From Clostridiales bacterium (GTDB lineage Bacteria > Bacillota > Clostridia > Christensenellales > Aristaeellaceae), in NCBI GenBank assembly GCA_024681215.1, contig JAILBG010000132.1, positions 856 to 64,855 on the forward strand: a DNA stretch of 64,000 nucleotides, written 5' to 3'. Positions 36,537-44,926 of the stretch are shown here, one piece after another. The translations under genes and the position numbers were made by a program. The notes below the pieces were generated by a model. That model worked only from the letters and a program-made list of their open reading frames with translations, did no database searches and was not told the origin of the DNA. The stretch's first letter is position 1, and each line of letters opens with the position of its first letter.

Positions 36537-38792
36537 TTACCGGGCGCCGCACTCCACGTTTTCCATATCCTCGGAATTGGTGAGCAGCACGGCCACGGTA
36601 TCGCTGTATCCAGCGGCCTTGATCTTTTCCCGGTCAAAGAGGATCAGGGGCTGGCCGGCCTTCACTTCGTCGCCTTCCTTCACCAGGCAGGTGAAGCCGT
36701 CGCCCTTCATATTCACGGTGTCCACGCCCACGTGGATCAGCATTTCCATGCCGTTGCACTCGATGCCCACGGCGTGCTGGCTTTCCGCCACGGAGGAAAC
36801 GGTGCCGTCGAAGGGGGCCACCACCTTGTCGTCGCTGGGCTGGATGCCCACGCCGTCCCCCAGGACGCCGGAGGCGAAGGTGTCGTCCGGGATTTCCTCC
36901 CGGGGGATCACGGTGCCCTTCACGGGCTGCAGCACGGTGCCGGCGGCGCAGCGGATCACGCTGACGGAGGGCACTTCAATTTCGGGCTCTGCCGGCGCGG
37001 CGGTCACGGCGCCTTCCGCGGGCACGGCCTCGGGCTTTTCTTCCTTCCAGATGAACCAGGTCAGCGCGAAGGCGATGCCGGCGGCAATCAGAAGCTCCAC
37101 GATGTACATGAAGGTATTGTTTACGGCGGGGATGCCGGGGATGCCGGTGACGCCGTAGGTGGTGGCGCCGAAGCGCACCGTCTGGCCCGCCGCGTTGGTG
37201 CCGGTGAGGAACGTGGCGAACAGGGAGCCCGCCGCGCCGCCGATCATGCCGCATACGAAGGGCTTCATGAACCGGTAGTTGATACCGAAGATCGCCGGCT
37301 CCGTAATGCCCAGGGAAGCGGACAGGGACGAGGGCAGCGCCACGGATTTGGTTTTCTGGTTATGCACCTTCAATGCCACCGCAAGGCAGGCGCCGAACTG
37401 GGCGAAATTGGCGGCAGAGGCAATGGGCATCCAGGTGTTCACGCCGGTCTGGGCGATCATGCCGGCCTCGATCACGTTGTACATGTGATGCAGGCCCATG
37501 ACCACCGTCAGCGGATAAATCGCGCCCATGATGGCCGCGCCGATGCCGTAGAACTGGGAGATCAGCCATTGCGCCCCGGCCAGCACCCAGTTCTCCACCA
37601 CCGCGAAAATGGGGCCGATCACCAGGAAGGCGGCGAAGGCCGTCACCAGCACCGTCACCAGCGGGGTCACGAACAGGTCGATCATTTCGGGCACGATCTT
37701 ATGCAGCTTCTTTTCCAGGAAGCACATGAACAGCACCGCCAGGATCACGGGGATCACGTGGCCCTGATAGCCCATCTGGGAAATGCCCACGTCCCCGAAC
37801 AAGGACCATTTGGCGATGCCGCCGTCCTGCAATTCGCTGACGGTCATCTTGGTCTTGATGTTCTCCCAGACGGCGCCGCCCAGCGCCACGTCTTCCATGA
37901 CGTCCTTGCCGTCGGCGTCTGTCACATGAATGTATTTCGTCACGCCATCCTCAACGACCTTGTTCAGCTTCGGCGCTTTTCCGGCGGGCAGGCTGTTGAT
38001 CAGGTTGGGGGCGACGGTTTCGCCGGTGCCGTAAAGGGCGTCCAGCTGCTGCATGAAGGCTTCTTTGCCGATCACATTGCCGCTGCCGTCCACCCACAGG
38101 TGATCGTATTCCGACGGCAGCTCATCCAAGGCTTGCTGGACGATGGATGTTGGGATCGGTCTGTTGAATTTCTGCGCCACCTCCTGCACGTTGCCTGCGT
38201 TCCAGGCGTTGAGCAGGGCGGGATGCACCAGCATCAGGCCGATGACGGCGCCCAGGAACACGTTGCCGCCGAACACCCGGGCGGCGGAAATGGCCACCAG
38301 CACGGGCAGCAGGGCGAAGGCGGTGTTGGCCACCAGATCCAGGAAGGCGTACCAGCCGGTGTTCTGGAAGCCGGGAGCGAACTTCGGGATGGCTTCCACC
38401 AGGCCCATCATCAGGCCCGAGGCCACGATGGCGGGCAGGATGGGCACGAAGATATCGCCGGGGGTTTTCAGGATTTTCTTCCACCAGGGCATTTTGGAAG
38501 CAGCCGCCGCCTTCACGTCGTCCTTCGTGGCGGCGGAAGCGCCGGTGACGGAGAGGAATTCGTCGTACACCTTGTTGACGGTGCCTGTGCCGATGATGAG
38601 CTGCAATTGGCCGTTGCTTTCAAACATGCCTTTGACGCCGTCGATTTCTTCCAGGGCTTTCTTGTTGACCTTTCCGTTGTCCGCGATCACCAGGCGCAGC
38701 CGGGTGGCGCAGTGGGCCGCGCTGATGACGTTGGCGCCGCCGCCGATGTTGGCGGCGATCTGCTCAGCGCATTTCCGGTAGTCCAGAGCCAT
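36537..38792 (-). CDS. PTS EIIBCA component, glucose-glucoside (sucrose/beta-glucoside/trehalose-like) superfamily
   Basis: EIIB Cys motif AAHCATRLRL. EIIC motif GITEPAIFG. C-terminal EIIA-Glc-type ..HAVGIECNGMEMLIHVGVDTV.. 751 aa. Confidence 0.9.
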   Translation of the reverse strand: MALDYRKCAEQIAANIGGGANVISAAHCATRLRLVIADNGKVNKKALEEIDGVKGMFESNGQLQLIIGTGTVNKVYDEFLSVTGASAATKDDVKAAAASKMPWWKKILKTPGDIFVPILPAIVASGLMMGLVEAIPKFAPGFQNTGWYAFLDLVANTAFALLPVLVAISAARVFGGNVFLGAVIGLMLVHPALLNAWNAGNVQEVAQKFNRPIPTSIVQQALDELPSEYDHLWVDGSGNVIGKEAFMQQLDALYGTGETVAPNLINSLPAGKAPKLNKVVEDGVTKYIHVTDADGKDVMEDVALGGAVWENIKTKMTVSELQDGGIAKWSLFGDVGISQMGYQGHVIPVILAVLFMCFLEKKLHKIVPEMIDLFVTPLVTVLVTAFAAFLVIGPIFAVVENWVLAGAQWLISQFYGIGAAIMGAIYPLTVVMGLHHMYNVIEAGMIAQTGVNTWMPIASAANFAQFGACLAVALKVHNQKTKSVALPSSLSASLGITEPAIFGINYRFMKPFVCGMIGGAAGSLFATFLTGTNAAGQTVRFGATTYGVTGIPGIPAVNNTFMYIVELLIAAGIAFALTWFIWKEEKPEAVPAEGAVTAAPAEPEIEVPSVSVIRCAAGTVLQPVKGTVIPREEIPDDTFASGVLGDGVGIQPSDDKVVAPFDGTVSSVAESQHAVGIECNGMEMLIHVGVDTVNMKGDGFTCLVKEGDEVKAGQPLILFDREKIKAAGYSDTVAVLLTNSEDMENVECGAR

Positions 38793-38862
38793 GCGGTAAC
38801 CCCCTTCATTTGGTTATTTGTTCATATTGGACTGTTTTTTCACAAATCCACCATTCACTGTG

Positions 38863-38891
38863 ATTATATAACAGAATCCGCGATCCGTAAA
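38863..38891 (-). promoter_or_regulatory. Candidate promoter of the PTS operon
   Basis: The minus strand reads TTTACG-17 nt-TATAAT, about 70 nt upstream of the ATG at 38792. Confidence 0.5.
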
Positions 38892-38926
38892 CAATTATTT
38901 TTTTCCTTTTTTTTCCTGACGCTTTT

Positions 38927-40162
38927 TCACCGGCGCAGCAGGGCCACGGAAATATCGTTCACGTTGGTGCCGGTGGGCCCGGTCCTGATCAGGCCGCCGG
39001 TTTTTTCAAGGGCATGGTAGGCGTCGTTATTCCGCAGCATCTCCTCCGCGGTCATCCCGTATTCCTTCAGCTCCCGGCAGGTATCGCCGTCGGCGTAGCC
39101 TCCCGCCGCGTCGGTGGGGCCGTCGGTGCCGTCGCTGCCCACGGAAAACACCGCCGCCCCCGGCATGCCGCTGAGCAGGGGCGCTGCGGCCAGGGCGATT
39201 TCCTGATTCCGCCCGCCCAGGCCTTTCCCCGTGACCCGCACCACCGTTTCGCCCCCGGCCAGGAAGGCCAGGCTTTTCCCGTCCTCCGCATGGGTGCGCA
39301 GGATGGCGGAAAGAAAGCTGCCCGCGTCCCGGGCCTGGCAGCAGAGCCGGTCCGTCAGCAGCACGGGCGCGTATCCCAGGCCCCGGCAGGCCTCCGCCGC
39401 CGCCGCGCACAGCGCCTTAACGCTGCCCGTCACCTGGGCATGCACGTTGGGGAGCGCCTTGGGCGTTTCCTGATCCAGCAGCCGCCGGGCTTCCTCCGTC
39501 AGGCGCAGCCCGTATTTTTCCGCCACGCGCCGGGCGTCCGCGCAGGTGCTCCCGTCCGGGCAGGCCGGGCCGGAGGCGATCATATCCAGCGGATCCCCCA
39601 GCACGTCCGACAGCACCACCGCTTCCACCCGGGCAGGGGCGCACAGCCGGGCGAACCGCCCGCCCTTGACGGCGCTCAGGCGCTTTCGGACGGTGTTGAT
39701 CTCCACGATGTCCGCCCCGCTTTTGAGCAGCTGCTCCGTGATATCCTGCATTTCCCCGCCGGGAATCAGCGGGATTTCAAACAAAGCGCTGCCGCCGCCG
39801 GAAAGCAGGAACAGCACGGTATCCCTTTCCGTCAGGCCGGATACCGTCTCCAGCGCCGCCCGGGTAGCCCGGAAGGAATTCTCATCCGGCACGGGATGGC
39901 CCGCCTCATAGCAGGAAAAATTTGCGATGGAGCCCATGACGTGGCCGTACTTGGTGATCACCGCGCCGCTTTCGATGCGGCTGCCCAGGCAGTCGTACGC
40001 CGCCTTCGCCATGCGCCAGGCCGCTTTTCCGGCGGCCACCAGCACCACCCGGCCCGACAGCGCCGCATTTTCCAATGCCCGGCGCACGGCGGCGTCCGGC
40101 TGCACGGCGGCGATGGCCGCCCGGACGATCCTGTCCGCGTCCGCGCGCATCTGACGGTCCAT
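38927..40162 (-). CDS. Glycerate kinase, MOFRL/DUF4147 type (glycerate 2-kinase / TtuD-like)
   Basis: N-terminal ..IVRAAIAAVQPDAAV..VLVAAGKAAWRMA.. and C-terminal ..FSVGSDGTDGPTDAAGG..TGPTGTNVNDI.. are typical of this family. ATG at 40162 after GGGAGGGAAGG. Confidence 0.8.
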   Translation of the reverse strand: MDRQMRADADRIVRAAIAAVQPDAAVRRALENAALSGRVVLVAAGKAAWRMAKAAYDCLGSRIESGAVITKYGHVMGSIANFSCYEAGHPVPDENSFRATRAALETVSGLTERDTVLFLLSGGGSALFEIPLIPGGEMQDITEQLLKSGADIVEINTVRKRLSAVKGGRFARLCAPARVEAVVLSDVLGDPLDMIASGPACPDGSTCADARRVAEKYGLRLTEEARRLLDQETPKALPNVHAQVTGSVKALCAAAAEACRGLGYAPVLLTDRLCCQARDAGSFLSAILRTHAEDGKSLAFLAGGETVVRVTGKGLGGRNQEIALAAAPLLSGMPGAAVFSVGSDGTDGPTDAAGGYADGDTCRELKEYGMTAEEMLRNNDAYHALEKTGGLIRTGPTGTNVNDISVALLRR

Positions 40163-40175
40163 GGCCTTCCCTCCC

Positions 40176-40209
40176 AAAAAAAACGCGCCGCGCCTGCCGA
40201 CGCGGCACG
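40176..40209 (-). terminator. Rho-independent terminator after the HAD gene
   Basis: The minus strand reads CGTGCCGCG-TCGGCAGG-CGCGGCGCG followed by TTTTTTTT. The RBS of the next gene follows immediately. Confidence 0.6.
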
Positions 40210-40221
40210 CCATGCCTTTTT

Positions 40222-41046
40222 TCAGATCAGCCCCAGCTTCTCAAAGCCCCAGTACAGCCCGTCGTTCTCCACCGCGGGGCAGATAAGATCGCTGATTTCC
40301 TTGAGCTTGGGGCTACCGTTGTCCATGCAGACGGAGCAGCCCACCGTCTGGATCATTTCCAGATCGTTCATGCTGTCGCCGAAGCCGATGGTGTCCTCCA
40401 GGGGAAGGCCGAAGTGCTCCGCCACGATGCGGACGCCCCGGCCCTTGTCGAACCTGCGGTTGATGAGCTCGCCGTTTAAGCACTGATAGGCCGCCACGTC
40501 CTGCACCACGAAATTGAAATCCTTTTCCAACGCCTGCCGGGCGGGCTCCAGCTGGGACGCGGTCTTGCACATGAACACGATCTTGTAGACGGGCCGCCCG
40601 TCGTATTCCCGCATGGGCAGGATGTTGAGCTGCTCCGCCAGGGCCTTGCGCCAGCGCACCAGCTCGCTGTTGCCCTCCCCCGCCTGGGCCAGGAAATCCC
40701 CCAGGTCCTCGTCGCCCCAGGTGGCGTCCTTCGCCTCGATGGTGCGGAACACGCCGTTTTCCCGAAGCAGCCGCATCCCCGTTTCCAGCTGTTCCGCCGT
40801 CATGGGGCAGTCGAAAAGCACTTTTTCCCCGGCGAACACGTAGCCCCCGGCCCCGGCCACCGCGCCGTCGAACCCCAGCGCCAGCACCGGAGAGAGCATG
40901 GCGGGGTTGCGTCCCGTGCACAGGAACACCTTATGTCCCCGGGCCTGGGCGCGCTTCACCGCCCGCATGGCGCTCTCCGGCGGCGTGTTGCTCCCCGCGG
41001 GGGTCAGCGTGCCGTCGATATCCAGAAAAATCAGTTTTTTCTTCAT
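40222..41046 (-). CDS. Cof-type HAD-IIB family hydrolase (sugar phosphatase-like)
   Basis: Motif I FLDIDGTL and C-terminal GDSMNDLEM. 274 aa. Confidence 0.85.
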   Translation of the reverse strand: MKKKLIFLDIDGTLTPAGSNTPPESAMRAVKRAQARGHKVFLCTGRNPAMLSPVLALGFDGAVAGAGGYVFAGEKVLFDCPMTAEQLETGMRLLRENGVFRTIEAKDATWGDEDLGDFLAQAGEGNSELVRWRKALAEQLNILPMREYDGRPVYKIVFMCKTASQLEPARQALEKDFNFVVQDVAAYQCLNGELINRRFDKGRGVRIVAEHFGLPLEDTIGFGDSMNDLEMIQTVGCSVCMDNGSPKLKEISDLICPAVENDGLYWGFEKLGLI

Positions 41047-41058
41047 GGCGCATTCTCC

Positions 41059-42903
41059 TTAAAACGTATGCAGCAGCCAGCGGAAGCCGCCGGCGGGCAC
41101 GCGCACCGCCCCGGCGTCCGTTTCCGTCAGGTCCATCAGGTCGGTATAGGTTTCCCGGTCCTTGATCCAGGCGGTTTCCTCCCCGTCGGCGAAATTGAAC
41201 AGGGCCAGCAGCTTTTCCCCGCGGTAATAGCGCCCGATGCCCAGCACGTGGTCGCTGCCCGTATCCAGCAGCCAGGTGTCCGCCTCGGTGTCGAAGGCGG
41301 GATGCTCCGCCCGGATCCGCTCCATTTTCTGGAGCGCGGAGAAGAGCTTCCCTTCCACCGTGGTCTTTTTCGTGCGCTTTTCCGCCTTTTTCCAGTCCAT
41401 GTTCCCCCGGTGCAGGTAGCGGCTGTCCTCCCGTTTCAGGGGATCGCCGTGGTATGCGCCGTCGTTCTCCTGGCCGATCTCGTCGCCGCTGTAAAGGACC
41501 GGCACGCCGCTTAAGGTGAACATGAAGGCGTGCAGCGTTTCGTCCAGCTGGATCGCCCGGGCCATGGCCTGCCTGTCGCCGCTTTCCCGGGCCGCCTCAA
41601 TGCCGCACAGGGACGCCGTGGTGCCACAGAGCCGGGCATCCCCCAGCCGCGGGTCGTCGTTGTACAGTTCTCCCCGGGCGGGGCTGCCGGGCCATTTGCC
41701 CGTCAGGTAATCGTTCAGGTATTTCTTGTGGGGCACCTCCTGCCAGCCGAAACGGGAAAGGAAGCCGTAATCCAGCCCCCAGCCGATATCGTCGTGGCAG
41801 CGCAGATAATTGAGGAACGTATAATCCCGGGGCAGGGAAAACACCTGCGCCATCTGGTGCGCCAGCAGCCGCACGTCCCGGGTGGCCACGGTGTGCCAGA
41901 CGGTGGCCATGGTGGTGACGTTGTAAAGCAGATGGCATTCGGGCTTTTCCACCGTGCCGAAATACGGCGCCACCTTGCTGGGCTCCATCACCACCTCGCC
42001 CAGCAGCAAGGTGCCGGGGCACACGATCTCGCAGGCCATGCGCATCATGCGCACCAGGGTGTGCACCTGGGGCAGGTTCCGGCAGGAGGTGCCCAGGGCC
42101 TTCCAGATGTAGGGCACCGCGTCCAGACGGATCACGTCCACCCCGTGATTGCACAGGAAGAGCATGTTGTCCGTCATGTCGTTGAAAACGGTGGGGTTGG
42201 CGTAATTGAGGTCCCACTGGTAGGGGTAGAAGGTGGTCATCACCGCCTTGCCCGCCTCCTCGCACCAGGTAAAGTTCCCCGGCGCGGTGGTGGGGAACAC
42301 CTGGGGCACGGTCTGCTCAAAGGCGTTGGGCAGCGTCCAGTCGTCGTAGAAAAAATACCGGGCCTGATATTCCTTTTCCCCCGCCCGGGCGCGGCGGGCC
42401 CATTCGTGATCCTCGCTGGTGTGGTTCATCACGAAATCCAGGCATAGGGCGATGCCCCGCTCGTGGCAGTCGTCCGCCAAGGCCCGAAGATCCTCCATGG
42501 TGCCCAATTCCGGCTGCACCCGGCGAAAATTGCTGACGGCGTAGCCCCCGTCGCTGCGGCCGGCGGGGCTTTCCAGCAGGGGCATGAGATGCAGGTAGCT
42601 GACGCCGCAGTCGGCGATGTAATCCAGCTTATCCCGGACGCCCCGGAGGGTGCCCGCGAAGGCGTTTACGTACATCAGCATGCCCACCAGGTCATGCCCC
42701 TTGTACCAGTCCGGGTATTCTTCCCGGGCCCTATCCATCATTTTCAGGGGCTCCGGCCGCTCCTCCCAGGCGCGGTAGAGCATGTCCGTAAAGTAATCGT
42801 ACGCCCGCATATCGCTGTGGTACAATTCGCAGTACAGCCATTTGAGCTCGTCTTCATGCCGGCGGAAGCGGGACGCAAATTCGCTTTTCCAATGGTCCTT
42901 CAT
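41059..42903 (-). CDS. GH13 alpha-amylase-family enzyme, amylosucrase-like (GH13_4-like)
   Basis: Conserved regions DFVMNHTS, GVDVIRLDAVPYIWK..GTSCRNLPQVH, LLGEVVMEP and YLRCHDDIGW. From memory these align with amylosucrase/sucrose hydrolase. 614 aa. No signal peptide. Confidence 0.8.
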   Translation of the reverse strand: MKDHWKSEFASRFRRHEDELKWLYCELYHSDMRAYDYFTDMLYRAWEERPEPLKMMDRAREEYPDWYKGHDLVGMLMYVNAFAGTLRGVRDKLDYIADCGVSYLHLMPLLESPAGRSDGGYAVSNFRRVQPELGTMEDLRALADDCHERGIALCLDFVMNHTSEDHEWARRARAGEKEYQARYFFYDDWTLPNAFEQTVPQVFPTTAPGNFTWCEEAGKAVMTTFYPYQWDLNYANPTVFNDMTDNMLFLCNHGVDVIRLDAVPYIWKALGTSCRNLPQVHTLVRMMRMACEIVCPGTLLLGEVVMEPSKVAPYFGTVEKPECHLLYNVTTMATVWHTVATRDVRLLAHQMAQVFSLPRDYTFLNYLRCHDDIGWGLDYGFLSRFGWQEVPHKKYLNDYLTGKWPGSPARGELYNDDPRLGDARLCGTTASLCGIEAARESGDRQAMARAIQLDETLHAFMFTLSGVPVLYSGDEIGQENDGAYHGDPLKREDSRYLHRGNMDWKKAEKRTKKTTVEGKLFSALQKMERIRAEHPAFDTEADTWLLDTGSDHVLGIGRYYRGEKLLALFNFADGEETAWIKDRETYTDLMDLTETDAGAVRVPAGGFRWLLHTF

Positions 42904-42907
42904 CTCG

Positions 42908-43843
42908 TCATCCCTCCTCGGTTTCCTGCAGCGTGGGCATGGCGGGGATGGCCCCCGGACGGCTGGCGGTGATGGACGCCGCCTTGTTGGCGAAGCCCAC
43001 GAAGGCGTTCAGTTCCTCCGTAGTCAGGCCGTCGATGCCGCCCCGGCGGGCAATGCGGCTCAGGAACGCGCCGAAAAAGGTGTCCCCCGCGCCGTTGGTG
43101 TCCGCCACCTTCACCGGGCAGCCGGGCACCGTCCCCGTCAGGGCCCCGCAGCGCCACATGGCCCCGCGGGCCCCCAGCGTCACCACCGCCAGGCGCACCC
43201 CCAGGCCCATCAGCTTCCCAAGGGCGGCTTCCGGCTCCTTCACGCCGCACAGCAGCGCCGTTTCCTCGTCGCTGATCTTCACGATATCGCACAGCGGCAG
43301 CACGGCGCGCATCTGAATAACGGCCTCCGCCTCCGAATCCCACAGCACCGAGCGGTAATTGGGATCGTAGGTGATCAGCGCCCCGGAAGCCTTGGCGCTC
43401 CGCACCGCGGCCGCCACCGCCTCCCGGCAGTCTGGATCGGTGAGGCTGACGCTGCCGAAATGCAATATGCCCGTGCCCCGCACGGCCTCCTTTGCCTGTT
43501 CCATGTCGATGCGGGTGTCCGCCCCGGGCTTGCGGCAGAAGGAAAAGCTGCGCTCCCCGCGGGCGTCCACCGTCACCACCGCCAATGTGGTGCTGGCCCC
43601 CTTCGCGGTCTGCAGCCCCTCCGCGGACACGCCGAAGCGCACCAGCGTATCCCGCAGCAGCGCGCCGAAGGCGTCCTCCCCCACGCACCCCACGAAGGCG
43701 GCCTCCGCCCCCAGCTTCGCCGCCGCAACGGCCACGTTGGCCGGCGCGCCGCCGGGGTTCGCCGCAAAATGGGGTATGCCGTTTTCGTCGATCCAGGTTT
43801 GAGTCATGTCCACCAGGATTTCACCGATAGCCGTGATTTTCAC
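42908..43843 (-). CDS. PfkB-family carbohydrate kinase (fructokinase-like)
   Basis: N-terminal GEILVDM..GGAPANVA and C-terminal DTNGAGDTFFGAFL. GTG start after GAGGTG. Confidence 0.85.
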   Translation of the reverse strand: MKITAIGEILVDMTQTWIDENGIPHFAANPGGAPANVAVAAAKLGAEAAFVGCVGEDAFGALLRDTLVRFGVSAEGLQTAKGASTTLAVVTVDARGERSFSFCRKPGADTRIDMEQAKEAVRGTGILHFGSVSLTDPDCREAVAAAVRSAKASGALITYDPNYRSVLWDSEAEAVIQMRAVLPLCDIVKISDEETALLCGVKEPEAALGKLMGLGVRLAVVTLGARGAMWRCGALTGTVPGCPVKVADTNGAGDTFFGAFLSRIARRGGIDGLTTEELNAFVGFANKAASITASRPGAIPAMPTLQETEEG

Positions 43844-43896
43844 TTTTGCACCTCGCTATAAGCGGCACGAAGCCGGATATCCATGTTTCTGAATCC

Positions 43897-43925
43897 ATTA
43901 TATCATCCGCGCCGGAGAAACGCAA
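43897..43925 (-). promoter_or_regulatory. Sigma-70/SigA-type promoter for the fructokinase-GH13-HAD unit
   Basis: The minus strand reads TTGCGT-17 nt-TATAAT. Confidence 0.55.
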
Positions 43926-43968
43926 CGAAAAAAACATCCGCCGCCGGCCGCATTTTTCCCCATCCGGA

Positions 43969-43997
43969 TTGCGTGCCGCCGCAAATCATGGTATAAT
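43969..43997 (+). promoter_or_regulatory. Sigma-70/SigA-type promoter for the nucleoside hydrolase-like/GGDEF unit
   Basis: TTGCGT-17 nt-TATAAT, divergent from the promoter at 43897..43925. Confidence 0.6.
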
Positions 43998-44038
43998 CAT
44001 ACAAAAATGTCCCGGCGCGGCGTCCGGGCCGGAAAGAA

Positions 44039-44926
44039 GTGTTCCCTTTGCTTCAGTTTCAGGTGCCCGAGCAGAAAAAGCTTCGGGTGATCGTGGATAC
44101 GGACACCGCCTGCGAGGCGGACGATCCCTTCGCCGTCGCCTACGCGCTGATGAGCCCCAAGCTCCTGGTCCGCGCGGTGACGGCGGCGCATTTCGCCCGG
44201 CCCGGATCCATGGAAAAAAGCCGGGAAGCCGCCCTGCGGGTGACGCAGACCATGGGATCGGAGGTGCCGGTGCTGCGGGGCGAGGAAGGCCCCGGCGGCG
44301 GGGGCGGGCCGTCCGAAGCCGTCCGATGCATGATCCGGGAAGCCCGAACGGAAGATCCGCGCCCCCTGTTCATCCTGTGCATGGGCGCGCTGACCAATCT
44401 CGCCCGGGCGCTGCGCGAAACGCCGGACATCGCCCCGCGGCTTACGGCGGTGGTCATCGGCGGCCATCCCTACGGGGATAACCGTCCGCCCTGGCGGGAA
44501 TTCAATTTCGGCAACGATCCGGACGCGGCCAACGCCGTGCTGCAGTCCGCCGCCCCGGTGTGGCAGATCCCCTCCGACGTGTACGGCAGCATCCGGGTGG
44601 GGCTGGCGGAGCTGCAGGAGCAGGTGATGCCCTACGGAAAAATCGGCCGGTATCTGTTCGGGCAGATGATCGCCTACAACATGACCCCGGAAGCCGCATG
44701 GACCCAGGGCGAAAGCTGGTCCCTGGGGGATTCCCCCGCGGTGGCCGCGGTGCTGCACCCCACCTGCGGGCGCACGGCGCGCCGCCCCGTCTGCCGGGTG
44801 GAAAACGATACCTCCTATTCTCCCCTGCCCGGCGGGCGGGAGATCCTGGTTTATCAGGATATGGACAGCCGGTATCTGCTGGGGGATTTCTACGCCAAGC
44901 TGCACCTCCTCTACCCCCGGGCATGA
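44039..44926 (+). CDS. Nucleoside hydrolase-like protein (divergent Asp cluster)
   Basis: GTG start after GGAAAGAAG. N-terminal VIVDTDTACEADDPFA resembles the IUNH Asp-rich motif but with different spacing. 295 aa. Confidence 0.55.
   Translation: MFPLLQFQVPEQKKLRVIVDTDTACEADDPFAVAYALMSPKLLVRAVTAAHFARPGSMEKSREAALRVTQTMGSEVPVLRGEEGPGGGGGPSEAVRCMIREARTEDPRPLFILCMGALTNLARALRETPDIAPRLTAVVIGGHPYGDNRPPWREFNFGNDPDAANAVLQSAAPVWQIPSDVYGSIRVGLAELQEQVMPYGKIGRYLFGQMIAYNMTPEAAWTQGESWSLGDSPAVAAVLHPTCGRTARRPVCRVENDTSYSPLPGGREILVYQDMDSRYLLGDFYAKLHLLYPRA

Noticed and set aside
36143-36637. 164-aa version of the HPr ORF, extending upstream into the EIIA coding region.
   Set aside because: The extension overlaps the end of the EIIBCA gene in another frame and has no homology signal. 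A canonical 85-aa HPr starts at the ATG at 36400 with a good RBS.
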